64,000 nucleotides of DNA from a virus. Below are positions 1-9,002 of the stretch, in pieces. The notes beneath the pieces are model-generated. The model ran no database searches, was not told where the DNA came from, and saw nothing but the letters and a program-made list of their open reading frames with translations. A program made the translations under genes and the position numbers. The stretch spans positions 32,001-96,000 of IMG/VR virus record IMGVR_UViG_3300009503_000020; one strand, given 5' to 3'. Numbering within the stretch: the stretch's first letter is position 1; each line of letters begins with the position of its first letter.

Positions 1-43
1 TAGATGCAATGCTAAACTAATCTTAGGAGAGAATCTGGGACAG

Positions 44-250
44 ATGTGGTCTTCTTGTAAGTTGAGATTGAATGGTCTATGCTGTAAAGATTGCAAGAAG
101 TTAGACACATGTCGAATACCTTGTTCACTCTTAGCACGTTACTATGACCATGCTGAGGATAAATTCAAGTTCAAGAACTTTAATTGTGAATATTACTGTA
201 CTAAAATGGAGGCTCTGTTTAAGAGAATAACAAATGAGAGAGGACATTGA
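44..250 (+). CDS. Small Cys-rich hypothetical protein
   Basis: ORF track; several Cys pairs; overlaps the next ORF. Confidence 0.45.
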   Translation: MWSSCKLRLNGLCCKDCKKLDTCRIPCSLLARYYDHAEDKFKFKNFNCEYYCTKMEALFKRITNERGH

Positions 251-539
251 TATGGGATTGTATGATTCCTTTATTGCTAAGATAAGGTGTCCTATCTGCA
301 AGAAAGTAGGAGAGTTTGAATTTCAGACCAAGGATTTAGTATGCTTGCTGTTGTGTTTCAGGAAAGGAGACAAAGTAGAAACAGATACCTTGATAATAAA
401 AGATGGAATAGTTAAAGATGCTATAGGTAGATGTCCTCATTGTCAAGAGTTACTCACTGGTGATATAGTAATAAAGAATCATCGTTTCAAGACAATTAAG
501 AACATAAAGAAATGGGTAAGTCCAAAGGAAGAAGTATAA
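234..539 (+). CDS. Zn-ribbon protein
   Basis: CPIC and CPHC motifs; start may be ATG 252. Confidence 0.6.
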   Translation: MREDIDMGLYDSFIAKIRCPICKKVGEFEFQTKDLVCLLLCFRKGDKVETDTLIIKDGIVKDAIGRCPHCQELLTGDIVIKNHRFKTIKNIKKWVSPKEEV

Positions 540-554
540 GGAGGGAAGAGAGAA

Positions 555-824
555 ATGCCTTACATAATTAAAGAAAAGAGAGAACGTTTTGAACCTGCAG
601 TAGCTAACCTAGTAGCTTTGCTCCAAGAAGATCCAGAGAATGTAGCTGGCAATCTCAACTATGTGATAACTGCTGTTCTTAAGAGGCTGATAGCTACTAA
701 CAAGAGATACAAGACAATGAATGACTTGATAGGTGCACTGGAGTGTTGCAAGTTAGAACTCTATAGAAGAGTAGTTGGACCATATGAGGATACGGCAATA
801 GAACGCAATAGTGATGTAGAATGA
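555..824 (+). CDS. Conserved small phage protein (MPYI..R..F / GNLNYVIT / GALECCKLELYRR type)
   Basis: SD GGAGG upstream; sequence pattern typical of a widespread uncharacterised phage family. Confidence 0.65.
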   Translation: MPYIIKEKRERFEPAVANLVALLQEDPENVAGNLNYVITAVLKRLIATNKRYKTMNDLIGALECCKLELYRRVVGPYEDTAIERNSDVE

Positions 825-1051
825 AGAAGTGTGACTACTGTAAGAAGGATATCCATGAGATGAATTATATACAAGTAACCTTCTTAGGTGAAACTCAACG
901 GATAGCTCAGTTCTTCAGGAGACCTATTCAACTAGAGTTCTGTTCCTTTAATTGCTTTCAAGAATACTTCAATCTAATGATAAAAGAACAAGCAGTAGAG
1001 GAAGAAAGAGTAAGACAGGAGAGAGAACGACAAGCTCAGATGAAAACTTGA
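821..1051 (+). CDS. TRASH/MYM-like Zn-binding protein
   Basis: CDYC...FCSFNC; ATGA coupling. Confidence 0.6.
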   Translation: MKKCDYCKKDIHEMNYIQVTFLGETQRIAQFFRRPIQLEFCSFNCFQEYFNLMIKEQAVEEERVRQERERQAQMKT

Positions 1052-1052
1052 G

Positions 1053-1490
1053 GTGGTGATAGTGAATAAGAAAAATACTAAGAAGTTAATGAAGGACTTT
1101 CCTAAACTGTATCCAGAATACAATCCTCTATTTGCTAGTAGAGTAAGGATGCCTTTTGTTTTTGACTGTCAAGATGGATGGTTTGATCTCATCTACAAAT
1201 TAAGTCAAGATATTCAGAGAGTAATAGACAATACTCCAGACTCTACTCTCTTCAAAGACTTTTTCGTTATGCAAGTGAAACAGAAATGGGGACTCTTGAG
1301 ATACTATGTCTCATATGGAACTGATGAGATCTTTGATTTAATTCACAAAGCAGAGGGAGAGAGTGGACATATCTGTGAAATATGTGGCAAGCCTGGAACA
1401 TTAACTGTTAAACATGGCTTCTTGCAAACACTATGTCCATATCACAGAAAGAAGAAAGGAGCTAAAGAGGTAGAGCCTGAAGAGGAATAG
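1053..1490 (+). CDS. Conserved phage protein with C-terminal Zn finger
   Basis: QVKQKWGLLRYY motif, CEICG...CPYH; GAGGTGGTGA SD. Confidence 0.65.
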   Translation: MVIVNKKNTKKLMKDFPKLYPEYNPLFASRVRMPFVFDCQDGWFDLIYKLSQDIQRVIDNTPDSTLFKDFFVMQVKQKWGLLRYYVSYGTDEIFDLIHKAEGESGHICEICGKPGTLTVKHGFLQTLCPYHRKKKGAKEVEPEEE

Positions 1491-1492
1491 AA

Positions 1493-1801
1493 ATGAGAAA
1501 GAAGAAAGTGAGTTACGCATACTTCTGTGACATCTGTGGGAAGCAGATACTTGATGTTGGACAAGAGGTACCCAGATGTGCTCTCTGTGGGAAGGAGATA
1601 TGTCTAGACTGTTCTCGTTTTATCTGTAAAAGGGCTCCAGTAGCTCAAGGAACATCAGGTGGCTTCTCTTGGCAACTTATTCCATCTCCACAGTATACTG
1701 AGGAACTTAGAATATGCAAGGAGTGCACTGATTCTCTCAAGCTTACTCTTCATGTAGTTGCTAGGAAGAATAAAAATGGAAATAAAGATAACAGACATTA
1801 A
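1493..1801 (+). CDS. Multi-Cys Zn-finger protein, paralog of 2764-3192
   Basis: CDIC, CALC, CLDC, CKEC; shared C-terminal IC..C.D.LKL.L.V pattern. Confidence 0.65.
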   Translation: MRKKKVSYAYFCDICGKQILDVGQEVPRCALCGKEICLDCSRFICKRAPVAQGTSGGFSWQLIPSPQYTEELRICKECTDSLKLTLHVVARKNKNGNKDNRH

Positions 1802-2117
1802 AGTCTACCACCATAGCTTGTTGCCATCGGAGAAAGCAGTAGACATAGAAGTATTCTTTGTAGCCAAGAAAGGTGAGTACTTCTTCTGTGCTAGTTCAGG
1901 AGTATTCACTTTGTATTCGTGGTTGTCTGAAGATGATATGAAGACTGTCATCTATAGACAGATAGTAGAGATGGCTAAAAAAGAATATGAGAAGTGGAAA
2001 GAAAAGAAACAAGAAGAAGATAAACTGTTAAGAAACTATCCTTGGGTTAGACAATTGAAAGGAAAAGTTCCTGAAGTCTATATCCTGTCAGATAAGTTAG
2101 AGGAGAAACCTAAATGA
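1776..2117 (+). CDS. Hypothetical protein
   Basis: ORF track 1758-2117; ATG 1776 is the more likely start. Confidence 0.55.
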   Translation: MEIKITDIKVYHHSLLPSEKAVDIEVFFVAKKGEYFFCASSGVFTLYSWLSEDDMKTVIYRQIVEMAKKEYEKWKEKKQEEDKLLRNYPWVRQLKGKVPEVYILSDKLEEKPK

Positions 2118-2512
2118 CTACTTGGGTAACTAAAGTCTTGGGCTTTCAGTCTATGACTGATGTCTTTCCTAAAGATGCTATTGCTATCTCCTTACTAGAC
2201 TTACAAGATGGATACAATGAGCCAGAACTTATCTTCAGAAAAGCAAAGAAGATACTAGAAGAACTAGCAAGAGGAAAGAGAGTTATTTTGTTCTGTGCAG
2301 CAGGTCTGAGCAGAAGTCCTGGAATGGTAGCATTGATAATTGCCTTTGAGACTTATATGCCTTACAGAGAAACCTTGTACTTGATTAAAGATGACATAGC
2401 TCCTTGGATTCAAGTTAACCCTGACTTTCAAGATGCTTGTGAACAAGCTCTCTCAATCATGAATGCTAAACTAGTAAAGAGGAGTAAATATGAAGCTCAA
2501 ACCGAAGGCTGA
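2114..2512 (+). CDS. Dual-specificity/tyrosine phosphatase family (Cx5R)
   Basis: VILFCAAGLSRS P-loop; C-terminal IQVNPDF like the I.PN.GF motif of DSPs. Confidence 0.85.
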   Translation: MTTWVTKVLGFQSMTDVFPKDAIAISLLDLQDGYNEPELIFRKAKKILEELARGKRVILFCAAGLSRSPGMVALIIAFETYMPYRETLYLIKDDIAPWIQVNPDFQDACEQALSIMNAKLVKRSKYEAQTEG

Positions 2513-2744
2513 GAATTCTAAGAACAAGGAAGACCTTCTTGCCTGGAACAAAATACTTTACACACCAGAGTCTTGTATCTATTATATGAGAGGAGATTGT
2601 TACTTGAAATGCTTATATGGTAAGTTCTCAGGTGATGGTTTAGCCTGTAGAGGTATTTGCAAGGCTTTTATTCCTATGACTAGAGAAAATACAAGTCCTT
2701 CAAAATACTTATATGACCTAGAAACTCAAGCTAAGATGTATTAA
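2490..2744 (+). CDS. Cys-rich hypothetical protein
   Basis: ORF track; coupled to neighbours. Confidence 0.5.
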   Translation: MKLKPKAENSKNKEDLLAWNKILYTPESCIYYMRGDCYLKCLYGKFSGDGLACRGICKAFIPMTRENTSPSKYLYDLETQAKMY

Positions 2745-2763
2745 ACAAGATAGGAGCAATAAA

Positions 2764-3192
2764 ATGTTTGGACATAAGAAGAAGAAAAGCATGGGTACAC
2801 CTGCTAATGTCTCTTATTCAACTTCCAGTTCATCTTCAACAAGCTCTACATCTGCAGTTACTCCTGTTATTTATACAACCAGCATAGTGCCTTGTGTTCT
2901 CCCAGAAGTTGGGAGATGTGAGATCTGTGGAGAGAAAGTATATGGACAAATCTATGAATGTCAACTTTGTGGGAAGAAGACCTGTGGAGAGCATATTAGA
3001 GTGATAACTCGTCTTTCTCATTTCTATGTGACTTCTTCAACATTTGTAGTTTACACTGTTTCTCCAACTCCTGTTAACCCTATAGCTCAAGATGATATCT
3101 ATATCTGTACTTCTTGTGCAGATATTCTCAAGCTATCATTAAGAGTAGCAGCTAAAAACGGAGAGAACAAAAATGACCAACCAGAGAAATGA
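2764..3192 (+). CDS. Multi-Cys Zn-finger protein with Ser/Thr-rich N-terminus, paralog of 1493-1801
   Basis: CEIC, CQLC, CGEH, CTSC; SD GGAG. Confidence 0.65.
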   Translation: MFGHKKKKSMGTPANVSYSTSSSSSTSSTSAVTPVIYTTSIVPCVLPEVGRCEICGEKVYGQIYECQLCGKKTCGEHIRVITRLSHFYVTSSTFVVYTVSPTPVNPIAQDDIYICTSCADILKLSLRVAAKNGENKNDQPEK

Positions 3193-3583
3193 GTTAGCTA
3201 AGAAGTTAGATGAAAAAGCATACTATGAATATATTAGAGAAAGAGATAAGAAGAGAAAGGAGAGAATAGAGCGAATAGTTAGCTTCATACTTCACTTAAC
3301 TGGAACTCATGTCATAGACTACTCTCCAACGGTTGTTTACTTAGGAAAAGAAGCTCGTAATTTCTACAAGTGCAAAGTCTGTAAAGCAGAATTCACTTCT
3401 GATGGTTTAAAAGTGCAAGCTTTCAAGTGGTTTGCAACACTTGTTGGACTTGTCTCAGCTACAGCAGTAAATGAAGCTATTGGATTCTATAAAGATCAAA
3501 TCTTCTTAGTTTTGTTTCCTCTGCTCATACTACATTTAGCTACAGGAATAATAAACTTATTTGCATGTGTGCGGGAACACTGA
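3173..3583 (+). CDS. Membrane protein with Zn-finger-like motif
   Basis: CKVC; two C-terminal hydrophobic segments. Confidence 0.55.
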   Translation: MTNQRNELAKKLDEKAYYEYIRERDKKRKERIERIVSFILHLTGTHVIDYSPTVVYLGKEARNFYKCKVCKAEFTSDGLKVQAFKWFATLVGLVSATAVNEAIGFYKDQIFLVLFPLLILHLATGIINLFACVREH

Positions 3584-3798
3584 TGGAAGAGAAAATATGT
3601 GCTAGGTGTGGTAAGCCTATCAAAGATAGGAAACGCTTTCTTCTTATCTTAGAGGAGAGACCTCGTTACAGAACCTATTACCAACCAACTCCTTTAGGTC
3701 TATACTTTCATGAACGGTGTGTCAAGAGAATATCAGTGAATGTTAGAAATCTCTATGACCTGATTAAAGTAATGAACAAGTTAAGTGATCAAAAATGA
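3583..3798 (+). CDS. Small Zn-finger protein
   Basis: CARC...FHERC; TGATG coupling at 3583. Confidence 0.6.
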   Translation: MEEKICARCGKPIKDRKRFLLILEERPRYRTYYQPTPLGLYFHERCVKRISVNVRNLYDLIKVMNKLSDQK

Positions 3799-4019
3799 AG
3801 GAGAAAAAGAAGACACAAGATATCTGGGTAGCACCTAAGAGGTGTCCTCTTATGAAGAGTTGTGAAGAGGATGTTCCTTGGGATACTTTTGAAGCTATAT
3901 GTGAGACTCAGAACTGGGTATTCTGCAAGAAAGCAGAGAAGGCTGCTAAGAAGTATAAACGTAAACCATATGAGTGGAAGCTTATACATGAACTTGGAGG
4001 TTTGCCACATGGAGTTTAG
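3795..4019 (+). CDS. Small Cys-containing hypothetical protein
   Basis: ORF track; ATGA coupling. Confidence 0.55.
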   Translation: MKEKKKTQDIWVAPKRCPLMKSCEEDVPWDTFEAICETQNWVFCKKAEKAAKKYKRKPYEWKLIHELGGLPHGV

Positions 4020-4356
4020 AAAGGTTTATCAATATTCAAAGATAGAAAATACTCAGGGAAACAAATCATGGTCAAGAGAAAGAGAAGAGCCATCAGAGGA
4101 ATCTGTGAAGACTGTGGAAACTACGACACCCTCCAAGAAGTTGACGGACTGTGGCTCTGTGAGACATGCAGAAGAATGCGATCATGATTGGGAAGAAATT
4201 GGATGTCTGATTACATATCCTAAAGATGAAGTAACTGATGGTGGAAGACCTTATTCAGGATATATGGAAGTACAAGATGAGTTTGTTGTATGTTTATGTA
4301 AGAAATGTGGAGAAGTGAAGTTGAAATGGAATCCATGGAAGAGAATACTAGAGTAA
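4009..4356 (+). CDS. Hypothetical protein with C.H.W...CKKC Zn motif (start 4009 or GTG 4159)
   Basis: SD GGAGG 8 nt before ATG 4009; CDHDW...CKKCG. Confidence 0.5.
   Translation: MEFRKVYQYSKIENTQGNKSWSREREEPSEESVKTVETTTPSKKLTDCGSVRHAEECDHDWEEIGCLITYPKDEVTDGGRPYSGYMEVQDEFVVCLCKKCGEVKLKWNPWKRILE
4068..4187 (+). CDS. 39-aa Zn-finger microprotein (not in ORF track)
   Basis: Manual translation MVKRKRRAIRGICEDCGNYDTLQEVDGLWLCETCRRMRS; CxxC-x(14)-CxxC. Confidence 0.6.
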   Translation: MVKRKRRAIRGICEDCGNYDTLQEVDGLWLCETCRRMRS

Positions 4357-5579
4357 AAGAATGGGAATCACCTGCAGAACGACTAGACAAGTTGGCTAAG
4401 GAATTGAAGAGAAAGAGAAGCCTACAACGCATAAGAGGCATAGTTTCTGATATCTTAGTATGCAAACCTTCTGACTTGCAAGACTTTTCATTTAATGTAG
4501 GTGCACACAAGTTCAGAGGAGTTCTTTATTCTAAGAGAAATAGTCTGATGGGTACTCTGATTTATCTTTGGGATAACAAGCCTGGCATCCTCAGAGGTTA
4601 CCCAAAAATCAAGTATTCAGAAGACTCGAGGTTGCTTGGGAAAGAAGTTATTGCACAAGAAAAGTGCGACGGGACGAATCTGTTGCTTTGGAAGTTCCCA
4701 GATGGAACAATAGGTGGAAAGACTCGCTTGACTCCATATTGGAAAGGTCACAAATCATTCTTCTTCAAGACAGAAACATGGGAAGATCTCTTAAAGAAAG
4801 CAGACAATGGAGAAACTTATCCTAAGATAAAGAAACTCTTAGAGGACATGAATGTTGCTGTATGTGGAGAATTGTATGGATCAGAGTTAGCTCATGACTT
4901 TGTACACTACAAGTTTCCTCCTATAGGATTTAAGGTATTTGATATCATTGACAGAGAGACTATGAGATTCCTTCCTCCTTTGAAAGCTCTTAAGATAGCA
5001 GATGACTATGGAATTCCTAGAGTAGAAGTAAGATGGCAAGGAATATTAACTAAGAAAGAAGTTGAACGCATTGAATTTGAATTGACTAAGTCTCTTGATA
5101 TAGAAGAAGGATGGGTTGCTAAAGCATACTTCCCTAAAGAGAATGATTGTTATTTCTGTAAACTTAAGTGTGAAAGTGTTAAGGAACGCTGTTGGGAAAC
5201 TACACACAAAGAAGGAATACCTAGAACAATTATCAGGAAAGCTATCCGTAAAGTATTAGAGAACTATCCTGAAGATAATACAATTGAGAGTATGGAACCT
5301 CATGTTATTGAAGAATTAAGAGAGGAAGTTGAACAGAGTTTCATAGATAAATCAATAGATAGAATAAGAGAGCAAATTAGGTACACACTTGTTCCTAATG
5401 ATGAGGCTCTCTTTAAACTAGTTATTGAGAAGATGAGAGAACTTAAAAAGAAAGGGTTAGACTTGACAGACAAGAAATCAGTCCTGCACAACTTAGCTAA
5501 TGAACTAGGAAACATAAATGGAAGCAAGATATACTTCCTGTATCTACAATCATTAAAGAAGCTAGAACAAGAAAAATAA
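4326..5579 (+). CDS. ATP-dependent RNA ligase (Rnl2/Rnl3-like nucleotidyltransferase) with C-terminal helical extension
   Basis: Motif I EKCDGTN, GELYG, FKVFDI, EEGWV, KLK. Confidence 0.8.
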   Translation: MESMEENTRVKEWESPAERLDKLAKELKRKRSLQRIRGIVSDILVCKPSDLQDFSFNVGAHKFRGVLYSKRNSLMGTLIYLWDNKPGILRGYPKIKYSEDSRLLGKEVIAQEKCDGTNLLLWKFPDGTIGGKTRLTPYWKGHKSFFFKTETWEDLLKKADNGETYPKIKKLLEDMNVAVCGELYGSELAHDFVHYKFPPIGFKVFDIIDRETMRFLPPLKALKIADDYGIPRVEVRWQGILTKKEVERIEFELTKSLDIEEGWVAKAYFPKENDCYFCKLKCESVKERCWETTHKEGIPRTIIRKAIRKVLENYPEDNTIESMEPHVIEELREEVEQSFIDKSIDRIREQIRYTLVPNDEALFKLVIEKMRELKKKGLDLTDKKSVLHNLANELGNINGSKIYFLYLQSLKKLEQEK

Positions 5580-5580
5580 A

Positions 5581-5614
5581 GCTACCATGTTCATATGTAG
5601 GTAACATATTAAAG
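5581..5614 (+). promoter_or_regulatory. Putative archaeal promoter(s)
   Basis: GCTACCATGTTCATAT followed by GGTAACATATTAAAG in an intergenic gap; resembles 10131-10146. Confidence 0.5.
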
Positions 5615-5646
5615 CAACCTGAGATGCCGATATAAGGTGTGGAGAA

Positions 5647-6054
5647 ATGAAGATTACAAACAAGCCCTCATTTGAGTATAAGACTGCTAGAAAGGACCAT
5701 GTCTGCATGTTCTGTGGTGACATAATTCCAAAAGGTACAAAGTATTACTCTAAATCAGAGTACTCAAAGGAGTTGAGGAGACTCTTAGAAGAGAGAACTG
5801 GTTTTGATATCTATACAATAAAGAAACGTACTCACTTCTGGTATGTAGATAAAGTCTCTTGGGCATTCTGTAGTCTAAAGTGCATGTCGTTCTTCACTTG
5901 CTTGTCAGAAGATAAACTTCCAGAAGAAGTTAAGAAAAGGAAACAAGACAAGATAAACTCTATAGTAAATAATATAAGTGATACCCTAAATATGATGGCT
6001 TCTCTAGGTGGGTTAGAAGATAAACGAAAGCAAGATCCTCCTTGTACTTGTTGA
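5647..6054 (+). CDS. Zn-finger (TRASH-like) protein
   Basis: CMFC...FCSLKC; SD GGAG. Confidence 0.6.
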   Translation: MKITNKPSFEYKTARKDHVCMFCGDIIPKGTKYYSKSEYSKELRRLLEERTGFDIYTIKKRTHFWYVDKVSWAFCSLKCMSFFTCLSEDKLPEEVKKRKQDKINSIVNNISDTLNMMASLGGLEDKRKQDPPCTC

Positions 6055-6086
6055 GTAACATATATATTTCCAGAGTAACATTTAAA
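6053..6086 (+). promoter_or_regulatory. Tandem GAGTAACAT repeat, each copy followed by a TATA-like AT tract
   Basis: GAGTAACAT at 6053-6061 and 6073-6081, followed by ATATAT and TTAAA. Confidence 0.5.
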
Positions 6087-6099
6087 GGATGTGAAACGT

Positions 6100-6372
6100 A
6101 TGAAAGAAGAGAAAACCAAGTTAGGAGATAAGGTGCTAATCTCAAGCAAAACTGAATGTGTTCCTGAAGGTCTATCAATGAAAGAAGTTCCTCAGGGAAA
6201 AGTCTTTGACATAAGATACTACAGAGACAGAGAATGGGTCTTAATCTTCATGGATAAGAAAACATTTGAGTCTCTTAAAGCCTTGTGTGACAAGAGGAAC
6301 TTGGACATTAGAAAAGTGCTATATGGTTCTCTAATGAAGACTAAAGATTTGCTAGGTGGTAAAGATGAGTGA
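6100..6372 (+). CDS. Hypothetical protein
   Basis: ORF track 6091-6372; ATG 6100. Confidence 0.55.
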   Translation: MKEEKTKLGDKVLISSKTECVPEGLSMKEVPQGKVFDIRYYRDREWVLIFMDKKTFESLKALCDKRNLDIRKVLYGSLMKTKDLLGGKDE

Positions 6373-6487
6373 AGAAAACAAGTTAGATGGAGAGAGATTA
6401 GAGACTGAAGAAAGAGAAGACAGACAGAAGCAAAGGTGGTCTAACTTCAGAAGACAAGAAGAAGAACTTTCTAAGGAAGGATATTGA
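6365..6487 (+). CDS. 40-aa charged microprotein (not in ORF track)
   Basis: Manual translation MSEENKLDGERLETEEREDRQKQRWSNFRRQEEELSKEGY; fills the gap, stop abuts ATG 6488. Confidence 0.4.
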   Translation: MSEENKLDGERLETEEREDRQKQRWSNFRRQEEELSKEGY

Positions 6488-7348
6488 ATGCAAGAGAACC
6501 CAAGTTTTAAACAGGAGAACATGGAAGAGAGAAAGTCTATCAGAGTGTCTGAGCTAACAGACATTTGCCCAAGAAAGTTGCAGTTTGAATACCTTAACTA
6601 TCAAACAGATCCAGAGAAATATGAGACTGTGTTAGGCAGACTAAAGCACTACTTGTTTGAGACATACCTTAAGATTAATCCTGATGCTTACCAGAGCTAT
6701 TACATGACTAAGGTGCATCCCATAGTCCAAGTTCTTCTACCAAGAGATGCTCCTAAGTTTGCTATTGATATCCAAGAAACAGAAAAGAAGATTAAAACCT
6801 TCATGAAGAGTGATGAGGGTACAAGACTTAGGAATAACCCTATCTTACATATAGAGAAGGACTTGACAGTTAGGATTCCTTGTGAGCTACTTCCTGAGTA
6901 CAAGATACCAATAAATAAACCAATAGAGACTTTGAAACAATACTGCCTGTCTGGAAGACCAGACTTCAAAGTCAATAAGGAAATCTTTGAGATCAAGAGT
7001 AGAGAAAGTCTAAAGAAAGAAGAGGGCCTCCAAGCTGTTGCCTACAAGCTAATGTTTGATATAATAGAACCAGAAGTGAAGCATGTAAACAAGTATATCC
7101 TTCTTGGAGGTAAAACAATTAGAGTAAGTAGGAAACCATTCCTCACTTGGTTCTTAAAAGATGCAAGGAAAGAACTAGGCAAGAAGATAGAAGAAATGAT
7201 AGATGTCTATGAGAGAGTTGAGACCTCTGAGGAACTTCTTGAGAGAAATATAAGTTCAGACAAGTGTCAGTTCTGTGAATATCACTCAGTTTGTAATTCA
7301 ATATATAGACCTAGAAGAAATTGGAGAGTAATTAAAGTCAAGAGGTGA
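6488..7348 (+). CDS. cas4: Solo Cas4-like PD-(D/E)xK exonuclease with Fe-S Cys motif (start possibly 6521)
   Basis: VSEL..ICPRK, G..KH, LSGRPDF, FEIKS, Q..AY, CQFCEYHSVC. Confidence 0.8.
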   Translation: MQENPSFKQENMEERKSIRVSELTDICPRKLQFEYLNYQTDPEKYETVLGRLKHYLFETYLKINPDAYQSYYMTKVHPIVQVLLPRDAPKFAIDIQETEKKIKTFMKSDEGTRLRNNPILHIEKDLTVRIPCELLPEYKIPINKPIETLKQYCLSGRPDFKVNKEIFEIKSRESLKKEEGLQAVAYKLMFDIIEPEVKHVNKYILLGGKTIRVSRKPFLTWFLKDARKELGKKIEEMIDVYERVETSEELLERNISSDKCQFCEYHSVCNSIYRPRRNWRVIKVKR

Positions 7349-8310
7349 ATTGTATGGAATTAAAAATAAACCCTATACTAGAGAAGGCTATTCCACCACT
7401 TAGTCCAGAAAAACAGAAAGCTCTGAAGAAGTCTATTCAGAAGTATGGTCAGAGAGAATCAATAGATGTTATGCCTGATGGAACTATCATAGATGGACAC
7501 CACCGTTACAAGATAATCAAAGAACTTGGACTCGAACCAAAGTATAAGGTTAATGAAGACATAACTACTATAGAACAAGCTCTAGAACTAGGCGAGTCTT
7601 TAAACACTGACAGAAGGCACTACAATACAGCTATGGCAATCTTGCATGCATACAATGTAGAAAAGTCTAAATTAGCTGCAGAAGCTGAGAAGAGAAAGAA
7701 AAGAGGAACCTCAGCGTCCCAGGACGCTAGGGTAGGTAAAACTGCTGGGATTATAGCAGAGAGGTTAGGGATCTCTGAACGCACTGTTGAAAGAGGTTTC
7801 AAGATAATCAGAGATGCTCCTGAAGAAATAAAGCAGTTATGGTTAGGTGAACAGGTGCTTACTCAACCAACTGCCACAGCTATAGAAGCTTTAGAAAGCA
7901 TTCCAGATGAGTACAAGGATAGGAAACAAGTCTTAATAGACATGGTTGTCAAAGATCCAGAGAGAATCACCGAAATCAAGAAGATAGTTGGAGAGACAAA
8001 TGCAGTAATTGCCATGTTGGATGGGGAACCAGATAAAGTCAGAGTTGAAGCAGAGAAGGTACTGAAACCATTATTCTTCACTCCAGACTTAAACATCAAA
8101 GAAGCACTGTGGAAAGTTGAAGAGATAGCAAAGACAGGGCATGTGATCACTAAAGGCAGGAAATGGGCTGATGAGATTGGAGAGACTTGGGAAGAAGCTC
8201 AAGCATGGTTTGCTCACTATGGAGGATATTGCATTGGAGAAGTGAAGGGCTGGGAAGGAGAATGGGATCACCAAAGAGAACAACTAGAAAAGAAAGAGCA
8301 GAAAGAGTAG
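7345..8310 (+). CDS. ParB/Srx-domain protein with HTH
   Basis: LKKSIQKYGQ, IIDGHHR; HTH IAERLGISERTVER. Confidence 0.85.
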   Translation: MNCMELKINPILEKAIPPLSPEKQKALKKSIQKYGQRESIDVMPDGTIIDGHHRYKIIKELGLEPKYKVNEDITTIEQALELGESLNTDRRHYNTAMAILHAYNVEKSKLAAEAEKRKKRGTSASQDARVGKTAGIIAERLGISERTVERGFKIIRDAPEEIKQLWLGEQVLTQPTATAIEALESIPDEYKDRKQVLIDMVVKDPERITEIKKIVGETNAVIAMLDGEPDKVRVEAEKVLKPLFFTPDLNIKEALWKVEEIAKTGHVITKGRKWADEIGETWEEAQAWFAHYGGYCIGEVKGWEGEWDHQREQLEKKEQKE

Positions 8311-9002
8311 CTTCTTGGCTAAAATGGCACCCAAACAATCCCATTCTCTCTCCAGAAGAGACCAGAACGTTTCTTGATTGTATAGAAGAAGTGAAACCTA
8401 TAGATGATCCTACCAGCAAAGTTGGAGATATAGTAGAAGCTCTTGTTCCTAATCTTCACTATGCTTACAATGTCTACCAGTGTCCTTTCTGTGAGAAAGT
8501 TTACAGTTCAGATGAAGCCATGCAGAAACATATAGAGCAGGTGAAGGAACAGGTAAAAGAAGTGGAAGAGGGAGAAGCAATTAGCCATCCTATTGTAGAG
8601 AAGAAGGACTTCAAGGAACTGCAGTCTGATATCTTTCTGAAGAGAGCTAGGGTTTACTATGAAGTAGTTAGGCCTGAAGAAACCCTTCCAATACCTTCGT
8701 CAGTAGAATACTCAGATGAGCATAAAAGAATAGCAACACCTAAGGCAAGAGAGCAACATGATTTAGACATGAGAGAATGGAGAGAACACATGAAAGCAAC
8801 AAACGGGAAAAGAAAGGCTGTGTTTCCAATACTTCCACATGGAAGCCTTCAAGAGAAAGGAGGCAAGGGTTGGTGGTACTGGACTGTCCAAATATGGAAT
8901 GAAGAACTTAAGATGTGGTTGCCAATGCCTGTCAAGTTAGCAAATTCTGTTCCAGAGAAAGTAAGAGTATTATGCTTAATAGCTATAGTGCCAGATGAGT
9001 AA
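8262..9002 (+). CDS. C2H2 Zn-finger-containing hypothetical protein
   Basis: CPFCEKVY......KH; SD GGAG before ATG 8262. Confidence 0.6.
   Translation: MGSPKRTTRKERAERVASWLKWHPNNPILSPEETRTFLDCIEEVKPIDDPTSKVGDIVEALVPNLHYAYNVYQCPFCEKVYSSDEAMQKHIEQVKEQVKEVEEGEAISHPIVEKKDFKELQSDIFLKRARVYYEVVRPEETLPIPSSVEYSDEHKRIATPKAREQHDLDMREWREHMKATNGKRKAVFPILPHGSLQEKGGKGWWYWTVQIWNEELKMWLPMPVKLANSVPEKVRVLCLIAIVPDE

Noticed and set aside
4017-4019. TAG read-through or recoding (in-frame coding-like sequence after TAG at 4017 and 10875)
   Set aside because: TAG ends many genes that are immediately followed by coupled starts, and no long gene has an internal TAG. Both cases are explained by downstream starts.
6488-7348. 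CRISPR-Cas locus
   Set aside because: No cas1/cas2 and no repeat-spacer array was seen anywhere in the window
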